A stretch of 64,000 bases of DNA, from the NCBI GenBank assembly GCA_964016885.1, contig OZ024740.1, forward strand, positions 32,736,001-32,800,000, written 5' to 3'. Made by a program: the position numbers and the translations under genes. Of the stretch, positions 51,201-64,000 are shown one piece after another. The DNA comes from Eledone cirrhosa (Eukaryota). Every line of letters starts with the position of its first letter. Position 1 is the stretch's first letter. The notes under the pieces are model-generated. The model saw only the letters and a list, made by a program, of their open reading frames with translations, did no database searches and was not told where the DNA came from.

Positions 51201-54200
51201 CAGCTATATCAACATATAACATGTCTTCCTTGCTATCAACAGTTCCAGTTATATCAACATATAACATGTCTTCCCTGCTATCAACATATAACATGTCTAA
51301 CCTGCTATCAACAGTTCCAGCTGTATCAACATATAACATGTCTTCCCTGCTATCAACATATAACATGTCTTCCCTGCTATCAACATATAACATGTCTTCC
51401 TTGCTATCAACAGTTCCAGCTATATCAACATATAACATGTCTTCCTTGCTATCAACAGTTCCAGTTATATCAACATATAACATGTCTAACCTGCTATCAA
51501 CAATTCCAGCTATATCAACATATAACATGTCTTCCCTGCTATAAACATATAACATGTCTAACCTGCTATCAACAGTTCCAGCTATATCAACATATAACAT
51601 GTCTTCCCTGCTATCAACATATAACATGTCTTCCTTGCTATAAACAGTTCCAGTTATATAAACATATAACATGTCTTCCCTGCTATCAACAGTTCCAGTT
51701 ATATCAACATATAACATGTCTAACCTGCTATCAACAGTTCCAGCTATATCAACATATAACATGTCTTCCTGCTATCAACAGTTCCAGTTATATAAACATA
51801 TAACATGTCTTCCCTGCTATCAACATATAACATGTCTTCCCTGCTATAAACATATAACATGTCTAACCTGCTATCAACATATAACATGTCTTTCCTGCTA
51901 TCAACAGTTCCAGCTATATCAACATATAACATGTCTAACCTGCTATCAACATATAACATGTCTTCCCTGCTATCAACAGTTCCAGTTATATCAACATATA
52001 ACATGTCTTCCCTGCTATCAACATATAACATGTCTTCCCTGCTATCAACATATAACATGTCTTCCCTGCTATCAACAGTTCCAGTTATATCAACATATAA
52101 CATGTCTTCCCTGCTATCAACAGTTCCAGCTATATCAACATATAACATGTCTTCCCAGCTATATCAACATATAACATGTCTAACCTGCTATCAACAGTTC
52201 CAGCTATATCAACATATAACATGTCTTCCCTGCTATCAACAGTTCCAGTTATATCAATATATAACATGTCTTCCTGCTATCAATATATAACATGTCTAAC
52301 CTGCTATCAACAGTTCCAGCTATATCAACATATAACATGTCTTCCCTGCTATCAACATATAACATGTCTTCCTTGCTATCAACAGTTCCAGTTATATAAA
52401 CATATAACATGTCTTCCTTGCTATCAACAGTTCCAGTTATATCAACATATAACATGTCTTCCTTGCTATCAACAGTTCCAGTTATATCAACATATAACAG
52501 GTCTTCCCTGCTATAAACATATAACATGTCTTCCTTGCTATCAACAGTTCCAGCTATATCAACATATAACATGTCTTCCCTGCTATCAACAGTTCCAGTT
52601 ATATCAACATATAACATGTCCTGCCTGCTATCAACAGTTCCAGCTATATCAACATATAACATGTCTACCTTGCTATCAACAGTTCCAGTTATATCAACAT
52701 ATAACATGTCTACCTTGCTATCAACAGTTCCAGTTATATAAACATATAACATGTCTTCCCTGCTATCAACAGTTCCAGTTATATCAACATATAACATGTC
52801 TTCCCTGCTATCAACAGTTCCAGTTATATCAACATATAACATGTCTTCCCTGCTATAAACATATAACATGTCTTCCCTGCTATCAACAGTTCCAGTTATA
52901 TCAACATATAACATGTCTTCCCTGCTATAAACATATAACATGTCTAACCTGCTATCAACATATAACATGTCTAACCTGCTATCAACAGTTCCAGCTATGT
53001 CAACATATAACATGTCTTCCTGCTATCAACAGTTCCAGTTATATCAATATATAACATGTCTAACCTGCTATCAACAGTTCCAGCTATATCAACATATAAC
53101 ATGTCTAACCTGCTATCAACATATAACATGTCTTCCTTGCTATCAACAGTTCCAGCTATATCAACATATAACATGCAATCCCTGCTATCAACAGTTCCAG
53201 CTATATCAACATATAACATGTCTTCCTTGCTATAAACAGTTCCAGTTATATCAACATATAACATGTCTTCCCTGCTATAAACATATAACATGTCTAACCT
53301 GCTATCAACAGTTCCAGCTATATCAACATATAACATGTCTTCCTTGCTATCAACAATTCCAGTTATATCAACATATAACATGTCTTCCCTGCTATCAACA
53401 TATAACATGTCTAACCTGCTATCAACAGTTCCAGCTATATCAACATATAACATGTCTTCCTTGCTATCAACAGTTCCAGTTATATCAACATATAACATGT
53501 CTTCCCTGCTATCAACATATAACATGTCTAACCTGCTATCAACAGTTCCAGCTATATCAACATATAACATGTCTTCCCTGCTATCAACAGTTCCAGCTAT
53601 ATCAACATATAACATGTAATCCCTGCTATCAACATATAACATGTCTTCCTTGCTATCAACAGTTCCAGTTATATCAACATATAACATGTCTTCCCTGCTA
53701 TCAACATATAACATGTCTTCCTTGCTATAAACATATAACATGTCTTCCTTGCTATAAACATATAACATGCATGTCTTCCCTGCTATAAACATATAACATG
53801 TCTTCCTGCTATCAACAGTTCCAGTTATATAAACATATAACATGTCTTCCCTGCTATCAACATATAACATGTCTTCCCTGCTATAAACATATAACATGTC
53901 TTTCCTGCTATCAACAGTTCCAGTTATATCAACATATAACATGTCTAACCTGCTATCAACAGTTCCAGCTATATCAACATATAACATGTCTAACCTGCTA
54001 TCAACATATAACATGTCTTCCCTGCTATCAACAGTTCCAGTTATATCAACATATAACATGTCTTCCCTGCTATCAACATATAACATGTCTTCCCTGCTAT
54101 CAACAGTTCCAGTTATATCAACATATAACATGTCTTCCCTGCTATCAACAGTTCCAGCTATATCAACATATAACATGTCTTCCCAGCTATATCAACATAT

Positions 54201-57200
54201 AACATGTCTAACCTGCTATCAACATATAACATGTCTTTCCTGCTATCAACATATAACATGTCTTTCCTGCTATCAAGAGTTCCAGCTATATCAACATATA
54301 ACATGTCTAACCTGCTATCAACATATAACATGTCTTCCTGCTATCAATATATAACATGTCTTCCTGCTATTAACAGTTCCAGTTATATAAACATATAACA
54401 TGTCTAACCTGCTATCAACAGTTCCAGCTATATCAACATATAACATGTCTTCCCTGCTATAAACATATAACATGTCTTCCCTGCTATCAACATATAACAT
54501 GTCTTCCCTGCTATCAACAGTTCCAGTTATATCAACATATAACATGTCTTCCTGCTATCAACAGTTCCAGTTATATCAACATATAACATGTCTTCCTTGC
54601 TATCAACAGTTCCAGTTATATCAACATATAACATGTCTTCCCTGCTATCAACAGTTCCAGCTATATCAACATATAACATGTCTTCCCTGCTATCAACAGT
54701 TCCAGCTATATCAACATATAACATGTCTTCCTGCTATCAACATATAACATGTCTTCCTGCTATCAACAGTTCCAGTTATATAAACATATAACATGTCTTC
54801 CCTGCTATAAACATATAACATGTCTTCCCTGCTATCAACATATAACATGTCTTCCTTGCTATCAACAGTTCCAGTTATATCAACATAGAACATGTCTAAC
54901 CTGCTATCAACAGTTCCAGTTATATCAACATATAACATGTCTTCCTTGCTATCAACAGTTCCAGTTATATCAACATATAACATGTCTTCCCTGCTATCAA
55001 CAGTTCCAGTTATATCAACATATAACATGTCTTCCTTGCTATCAACAGTCCCAGCTATATCAACATATAACATGTCTTCCCTGCTATCAACACTTCCAGC
55101 TATATCAACATATAACATGTCTTCCTTGCTATCAACAGTTCCAGTTATATCAACATATAACATGTCTTCCCTGCTATCAACAGTTCCAGTTATATCAATA
55201 TATAACATGTCTTCCCTGCTATCAACAGTTCCAGTTATATCAATATATAACATGTCTAACCTGCTATCAACAGTTCCAGCTATATCAACATATAACATGT
55301 CTACCTTGCTATCAACAGTTCCAGTTATATCAACATATAACATGTCTTCCTTGCAATCAACAGTTCCAGTTATATCAACATATAACATGTCTTCCCTGCT
55401 ATCAACAGTTCCAGCTATATCAACATATAACATGTCTACCTTGCTATCAACAGTTCCAGTTATATCAACATATAACATGTCTTCCTTGCAATCAACAGTT
55501 CCAGTTATATCAACATATAACATGTCTTCCCTGCTATCAACAGTTCCAGCTATATCAACATATAACATGTCTACCTTGCTATCAACAGTTCCAGTTATAT
55601 CAACATATAACATGTCTTCCTTGCAATCAACAGTTCCAGTTATATCAACATATAACATGTCTTCCCTGCTATCAACAGTTCCAGCTATATCAACATATAA
55701 CATGTCTACCTTGCTATCAACAGTTCCAGTTATATCAACATATAACATGTCTTCCTTGCAATCAACAGTTCCAGTTATATCAACATATAACATGTCTTCC
55801 CTGCTATCAACAGTTCCAGCTATATCAACATATAACATGTCTTCCCTGCTATCAACAGTTCCAGTTATATCAACATATAACATGTCTTCCCTGCTATCAA
55901 CAGTTCCAGTTATATCAACATATAACATGTCTTCCCTGCTATCAACAGTTCCAGCTATATCAACATATAACATGTCTACCTTGCTATCAACAGTTCCAGT
56001 TATATCAACATATAACATGTCTTCCTTGCAATCAACAGTTCCAGTTATATCAACATATAACATGTCTTCCCTGCTATCAACAGTTCCAGCTATATCAACA
56101 TATAACATGTCTTCCCTGCTATCAACAGTTCCAGTTATATCAACATATAACATGTCTTCCCTGCTATCAACAGTTCCAGTTATATCAACATATAACATGT
56201 CTTCCCTGCTATCAACAGTTCCAGCTATATCAACATACAACATGTCTTCCCAGCTATATCAACATATAACATGTCTAACCTGCTATCAACAGTTCCAGTT
56301 ATATAAACATATAACATGTCTTCTCTGCTATCAACATATAACATGTCTTCCCTGCTATAAACATATAACATGTCTTTCCTGCTATCAACAGTTCCAGTTA
56401 TATCAACATATAACATGTCTAACCTGCTATCAACAGTTCCAGCTATATCAACATATAACATGTCTTCCTGCTATCAACAGTTCCAGTTATATAAACATAT
56501 AACATGTCTTCCCTGCTATCAACATATAACATGTCTTCCCTGCTATAAACATATAACATGTCTAACCTGCTATCAACATATAACATGTCTTCCCTGCTAT
56601 CAACAGTTCCAGCTATATCAACATATAACATGTCTAACCTGCTATCAACATATAACATGTCTTCCCTGCTATCAACAGTTCCAGTTATATCAACATATAA
56701 CATGTCTTCCCTGCTATCAACATATAACATGTCTTCCCTGCTATCAACAGTTCCAGTTATATCAACATATAACATGTCTTCCCTGCTATCAACAGTTCCA
56801 GCTATATCAACATATAACATGTCTTCCCAGCTATATCAACATATAACATGTCTAACCTGCTATCAACATATAACATGTCTTTCCTGCTATCAACATATAA
56901 CATGTCTTTCCTGCTATCAACATATAACATGTCTTTCCTGCTATCAAGAGTTCCAGCTATATCAACATATAACATGTCTAACCTGCTATCAACATATAAC
57001 ATGTCTTCCTGCTATCAATATATAACATGTCTTCCTGCTATCAACAGTTCCAGTTATATAAACATATAACATGTCTAACCTGCTATCAACAGTTCCAGCT
57101 ATATCAACATATAACATGTCTTCCCTGCTATAAACATATAACATGTCTTCCCTGCTATCAACATATAACATGTCTTCCCTGCTATCAACATATAACATGT

Positions 57201-60200
57201 CTTCCCTGCTATCAACAGCTCCAGTTATATCAACATATAACATGTCTTCCTGCTATCAACAGTTCCAGTTATATCAACATATAACATGTCTTCCTTGCTA
57301 TCAACAGTTCCAGTTATATCAACATATAACATGTCTTCCCTGCTATCAACAGTTCCAGCTATATCAACATATAACATGTCTTCCCTGCTATCAACAGTTC
57401 CAGCTATATCAACATATAACATGTCTTCCTGCTATCAACATATAACATGTCTTCCTGCTATCAACAGTTCCAGTTATATCAACATATAACATGTCTTCCT
57501 GCTATCAACAGTTCCAGTTATATCAACATATAACATGTCTTCCTTGCTATCAACAGTTCCAGTTATATCAACATATAACATGTCTTCCTGCTATCAACAG
57601 TTCCAGTTATATCAACATATAACATGTCTTCCTTGCTATCAACAGTTCCAGTTATATCAACATATAACATGTCTTCCCTGCTATCAACAGTTCCAGCTAT
57701 ATCAACATATAACATGTCTTCCCTGCTATCAACAGTTCCAGCTATATCAACATATAACATGTCTTCCTGCTATCAACAGTTCCAGTTATATCAACATATA
57801 ACATGTCTTCCCTGCTATAAACATATAACATGTCTTCCCTGCTATCAACATATAACATGTCTTCCCTGCTATCAACAGTTCCAGTTATATCAACATATAA
57901 CATGTCTTCCCTGCTATCAACACTTCCAGCTATATCAACATATAACATGTCTTCCTTGCTATCAACAGTTCCAGTTATATCAACATATAACATGTCTTCC
58001 CTGCTATCAACAGTTCCAGCTATATCAACATATAACATGTCTAACCTGCTATCAACATATAACATGTCTTCCCTGCTATCAACAGTTCCAGTTATATCAA
58101 CATATAACATGTCTTCCCTGCTATCAACAGTTCCAGTTATATCAACATATAACATGTCTTCCCTGCTATCAACAGTCCCAGCTATATCAACATATAACAT
58201 GTCTAACCTGCTATCAACATATAACATGTCTTCCCTGCTATCAACAGTTCCAGCTATATCAACATATAACATGTCTTCCCTGCTATCAACACTTCCAGTT
58301 ATATCAACATATAACATGTCTTCCTTGCTATCAACAGTTCCAGTTATATCAACATATAACATGTCTTCCTTGCTATCAACATATAACATGTCTTCCTGCT
58401 ATCAACAGTTCCAGTTATATAAACATATACCATGTCTTCCCTGCTATCAACATATAACATGTCTAACCTGCTATCAACATATAACATGTCTTCCCTGCTA
58501 TCAACAGTTCCAGCTATATCAACATATAACATGTCTAACCTGCTATCAACATAAAACATGTCTTCCTTGCTATCAACAGTTCCAGTTACATCAACATATA
58601 ACATGTCTTCCATGCTATCAACAGTTCCAGTTATATCAACATATAACATGTCTTCCCTGCTATTAACATATAACATGTCTTCCCTGCTATCAACACTTCC
58701 AGTTATATCAACATATAACATGTCTTCCCTGCTATCAACACTTCCAGCTATATCAACATATAACATGTCTAACCTGCTATCAACATATAACATGTCTTCC
58801 CTACTATCAACAGTTCCAGCTATATCAACATATAACATGTCTTCCCTGCTATCAACAGTTCCAGCTATATCAACATATAACATGTCTTCCCTGCTATCAA
58901 CACTTCCAGCTATATCAACATATAACATGTCTTCCCTGCTATCAACACTTCCAGCTATATCAACATATAACATGTCTTCCCTGCTATCAACACTTCCAGC
59001 TATATCAACATATAACATGTCTTCCCTGCTATCAACACTTCCAGTTATATCAATATATAACATGTCTTCCCTGCTATCAACACTTCCAGTTATATCAACA
59101 TATAACATGTCTAACCTGCTATCAACAGTTCCAGTTATATCAATATATAACATGTCTAACCTGCTATCAACAGTTCCAGTTATATCAACATAAAACATGT
59201 CTACCTTGCTATCAACAGTTCCAGTTATATAAACATATAACATGTCTAGCCTGCTATCAACATATATCATGTCTTCCCTGCTATCAACAGTTCCAGCTAT
59301 ATCAACATATAACATGTCTTCCCTGCTATCAACATATAACATGTCTAACCTGCTATCAACAGTCCCAGTTATATCAACATATAACATGTCTTCCTTGCTA
59401 TCAACAGTCCCAGCTATATCAACATATAACATGTCTTCCCTGCTATAAACATATAACATGTCTAACCTGCTATCAACATATAACATGTCTTCCCTGCTAT
59501 CAACAGTTCCAGTTATATCAACATATAACATGTCTTCCCTGCTATCAACAGTCCCAGCTATATCAACATATAACATGTCTAACCTGCTATCAACATATAA
59601 CATGTCTTCCCTGCTATCAACAGTTCCAGCTATATCAACATATAACATGTCTTCCCTGCTATCAACACTTCCAGTTATATCAACATATAACATGTCTTCC
59701 TTGCTATCAACAGTTCCAGTTATATCAACATATAACATGTCTTCCCTGCTATCAACAGTTCCAGTTATATCAACATATAACATGTCTTCCCTGCTATCAA
59801 CAGTCCCAGCTATATCAACATATAACATGTCTAACCTGCTATCAACATATAACATGTCTTCCCTGCTATCAACAGTTCCAGTTATATCAACATATAACAT
59901 GTCTTCCCTGCTATCAACAGTCCCAGCTATATCAACATATAACATGTCTAACCTGCTATCAACATATAACATGTCTTCCCTGCTATCAACAGTTCCAGCT
60001 ATATCAACATATAACATGTCTTCCCTGCTATCAACAGTTCCAGTTATATCAACATATAACATGTCTTCCCTGCTATCAACAGTCCCAGCTATATCAACAT
60101 ATAACATGTCTAACCTGCTATCAACATATAACATGTCTTCCCTGCTATCAACAGTTCCAGCTATATCAACATATAACATGTCTTCCCTGCTATCAACACT

Positions 60201-61535
60201 TCCAGTTATATCAACATATAACATGTCTTCCTTGCTATCAACAGTTCCAGTTATATCAACATATAACATGTCTTCCTTGCTATCAACATATAACATGTCT
60301 TCCTGCTATCAACATATAACATGTCTTCCCTGCTATCAACAGTTCCAGTTATATAAACATATACCATGTCTTCCCTGCTATCAACATATAACATGTCTAA
60401 CCTGCTATCAACATAAAACATGTCTTCCTTGCTATCAACAGTTCCAGTTATATCAACATATAACATGTCTTCCCTGCTATCAACAGTTCCAGCTATATCA
60501 ACATATAACATGTCTTCCCTGCTATCACTTGTTCCAGTTACATCAACATTTCACATGCATCCACTGTTATCAACAGTTTTACTTATATCAACATGTAATA
60601 TCTGTTTTTGCTGCTATTAACAGTAACATTTAATGCCTGTCTTCCCTGCTATCAACAGTTCCAGATGCCTTGCCAGCTATCAACATTTAATATTTGTCTT
60701 CCTTGCTTTCATATTTTCCAGTTAAATTAACATATAATGTCTGTATTCCTTGCTTTTAACAGTGCCAGTTATATCCACATTTACTATCTTACCTGCTATC
60801 AACAGTTCCAGTTATATCAACATTTAACAGGTCTGTCTTCCCAGCTAACAAGTTCCCTTACATCAACATTTAGTACCTTTGATCCCTGCTATCAACATTT
60901 CAAATTATATCAACATTTAATAAATGTCTTCCCTGCTATCAACAGTTCCATGTATATGAACATTTAACAGCAACAATTCCAGTTCTATTAACATTTAACA
61001 TCCGTCTTCCCTGCTATCAACATTTCAGATTCCTCCCCTTCAATCAACAGTACCTGTTATATCATCAGTCTTCCCTGCCATCAACATTTCCAGTTATATC
61101 AACATTTAACATGTCTATCTTCCCAGCTATATCAACAATTAAAGTCTGTCTTCCCTGTTACGAACAGTTCCAGTTATATCAACATTTAATGTCCAACTTT
61201 GCCCTGTTATCAACATTTCTCATTATATCATTAACCCTTTAGCATTCACATTATATATACTATTATATTTTCATGGTAAAGGCTTTACCTCACATAATTA
61301 TCTCACATAATATTGAATCTATGAGATTTTGAAAGTATTTATTTTGAGAATAATACCTTCACAGTGACCAGTTACAGCTAGTTTCAACAGAAAAAGGTAG
61401 AGAATTCTGGCCGGTTTGAACATTAAAGGGTTAATGGCTGTCTTCCCTGCTATCAACAGTTCCAATTGTAGCCACATTTAACATGTCTTCTCTGCTATCA
61501 ACATTTAATGTATGTCTTCCTTGATATCAACATTT
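42250..61535. repeat. ~19-kb satellite array: homogeneous core (~42388-60530) of mixed 45-bp and 27-bp monomers, with diverged ~47-bp monomers at both flanks
   Basis: 45-mer aacatataacatgtcttccctgctatcaacagttccagttatatc; 27-mer is the same without aacagttccagttatatc. Several hundred copies. Confidence 0.98.
61235..61430. mobile_element. piggyBac-type MITE (copy 3) inserted in the satellite flank
   Basis: TTAA at 61231-34 and 61431-34; homologous to 11099-11317. Confidence 0.88.
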
Positions 61536-61620
61536 CTGCCACGTAATTCTTTACAGTATTGACTTTCTGTCACATCTGAATCTTATTTCTCCACAGATAT
61601 TACGTTTCACTTTTGCTTGA

Positions 61621-61830
61621 CTTGCACATTGGTGTCACCAACACATACAATTATCTTGCACATTGCTGTTACCAGCATGTACACTTATCCTACACATTGG
61701 TGTCATCGACATACACACTTAACCGGCACATTGATATCACCAGCATGAACACTTAATCTGCACATTGATATCACCAGCATGTACACTTGATCTGCGCATA
61801 TTGTGTCACCAACATGCATCTAACATTGTT
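61621..61830. repeat. 34-bp minisatellite (~6 diverged copies)
   Basis: cacattg(a/g)t(a/g)tcaccagcatgtacactta.. recurring at 61625, 61659, 61693... Confidence 0.8.
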
Positions 61831-62266
61831 CACCCTGACCACAGAACTCAAAAACAGTCCTGAAGATAGAAAATATCATTTAATAGTTTAAAAACTCAAA
61901 CACTACATGTATCAATGAAAATTATCTACATTAAATCATTAGTATACATGAATAACTCAATAGTTATTACCTAAAAATCACTATAAATGTTTGAATTCAC
62001 AACCTCTGATAGCTTTACCTGCTGACAACACAAAAATAACATTGGCAAAATTACATCCCAAAAAGCTAGACCACCATTTCAGTTGTTGACTCCCTACAAA
62101 ACCCTAAATGCAAGCTATGTTGGAGCACTGGTATAGTGGTGCTGCTATGAACACACACATCCTAGACCAGAGGCGGGGAATGTGCAGCCTTAAGGCCATA
62201 TGCAACCTTCTGCCATTCTGTGCAGCCTTTTGAAAGAATGCAACAAAATACCTATACCTTCAGCTA

Positions 62267-64000
62267 CATCATCATCATCGTTTAACGTCCATCTTCAATG
62301 CTTGCATGGGTTTGGACAGGAATTTTCCCACTTGAGGCAAGATTGGTTGTCTTGTTCGTATAGGACTGTCTGGCGGGTTTTCTACGGCTGGATGCCCTTC
62401 CTAACACCAACCACGTTTACAGTGTGGACTGGGAGGTTTTTACCGTGTTACCTACACGGCCACATTAGAGTGGACTGTGTGTTTTTTTTTTTCGTGACAC
62501 CTACACGTGCTCATTTATTTCGGACTGGATGTTGTGGTACCAACGTAACTTTACATTGAAAGGGGTGGTGTGGTGGGACAGGGGTGTATTTTTGTTAGAG
62601 GTGCCTACTGACTGTAGGTTTCGCTTTGTACTTAGGCAAGGCGGGTCTTCTGTATGACTGTGTAGCGCCAAAGATCTCGGTCCAGTGACATTGTCTTGGA
62701 GAGGTGTAAGTGTGTGAGGTTGGAATTTATCAAGTCGTCCCAGGTTTTTCTGGGTCTGCCTACTCCGTGGCTACCGTCTATTTTTATCGCCCTGCACTTT
62801 TTTTATACAGCTGTCGTCTTTCATGTGCATCACGTGACCATACCAACGTAGTCTTCTCTCGAGTAAACAACATCTGATTCCTCTTATTCCTAATTTCTCC
62901 CTTAGTTCATTTATGCTTTGCCGTTCACGTATATTACTATTACACATCCAACGGAGCATGCAAGCTTCGTTCCTCTCCTGTCTGCGTATATCCTCTGCAC
63001 ACAATGCCCAAGTCTCACTGCCATGTAACATTGCTGTTCGTATGCAGGCATCATACAGCCTGCCTTTCATTTTTAGAGAGAACTCTTTAGCGGCCAATAG
63101 TGGTATAAGCTCTCTGAACTTTTTCCATCCCATTCTGACTAGCTACTGTACTTTCAGAGCACCCTCCATCCAGGTAACGGAAGGTGTCCACTATTTCTAT
63201 AGAACCATCTGTGCAATGGAATGAGCTAGTATTCTGTGGCCACTTGCTGCTACTTATTGCACCTGAGCACCGGCCACATATAAAATCTATATTCTTAGTT
63301 AGCTTACCTGTGATCCCACTACATCTTTTATGCACCCATACTTTGCATTTGGGACATAAAATGTAGTTTCTGCCTACTCCTTTCCTACACACTGAGCATG
63401 GCCATTTCCCAGATGGGACCAGTGCCCTATTTTCCTTCCTACAAACTAGAATTTTAGTCTTAGACAGGTTAATTTTAAGGCCTTTTGATTCTAGGCCATG
63501 CTTCCATGTTTGGAATTTCTTCTCTAGTTCAGCCATTGATTCAGCTATGAGCGTTAGATCATCTGCATATAGGAGTTCCCATGGGCAGCCGGTCTTGAAC
63601 TCCTCTGTTATAGCCTGAAGGGCAATAATAAATAGAAGGGGGCTAAGGACGGAGCCCTCATGAACACCAACTTTTACGCTAAACTCTTCACTATATTCGT
63701 TGTTAATTCTAACCTTGCTGACTGTTTCTTTATACATGGCTTGTATAGCTCTCACAAACCATTCATCAGCACCTAGTTTTCTAAGAGCCCACTAGATAAT
63801 GGAACGGGGGACTCTGTCAAAGGCTTTCTCCAAGTCAACAAAAGTTAAGTATAGGGGTTTACTTTTAGCTAGGTACTTCTGTAGTTGTCGTACAATGAAA
63901 AGAGCGTCTGTTGTACTTTTACTTGACACAAACCCAAACTGCATTTCATCTAAATCAATTCACTCTCTGATTAGTTGCGCTATTACTTTTTCTGTGACCT
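62267..64000 (-). mobile_element. RTE-clade LINE (second subfamily), continuing beyond the window; frameshifted
   Basis: FVDLEKAFDRV, GVHEGSVLSP, YADDL, C4HC3 finger, LHGSETW, RLRWYGHV; (GAT)n tail. Confidence 0.93.

Noticed and set aside
42388-60530. CRISPR-like array
   Set aside because: No unique spacers (the optional 18-mer is constant), no cas genes, eukaryotic context.
42428-60633. Dozens of long ORFs (MSSLLSTVPVISTYN, CYQQFQLYQHITCLP, MLYVDITGTVDSRED repeats) as a repetitive protein gene
   Set aside because: Units of 27 and 45 bp are multiples of 3, so any stop-free frame propagates. Three frames on both strands are open, and recurrent 1-bp deletions (tcttcctg) and TAA variants break them at random. 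No sign of coding constraint.

Overview
AT-rich, repeat-dense animal genomic DNA. The SINE/LINE families and microsatellites suggest an octopus or other coleoid cephalopod (inference). The window is almost entirely intronic. Two small minus-strand exons missed by the ORF track (9988-10108, 121 bp; 3627-3681, 55 bp) encode consecutive TPR-region peptides of KDM6A/UTX. I found no other exon, so the upstream intron would be >53 kb. The introns hold a decayed hAT/Buster transposon, CR1-clade LINEs, RTE-clade LINEs with a PHD-type finger inside the RT region, tRNA-derived SINEs (one family sharing its 3' tail with the RTE), piggyBac-, hAT- and pogo-type MITEs, several minisatellites and an ~18-kb 45/27-bp satellite with nested higher-order repeats and an older 47-bp monomer at both edges. 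The most unusual signal is a set of Penelope-like fold-back elements carrying minimal hammerhead ribozyme motifs. One is a perfect 167-bp-arm palindrome with an intact-looking hammerhead in each arm. The long ORFs between 42 and 61 kb are satellite artefacts.
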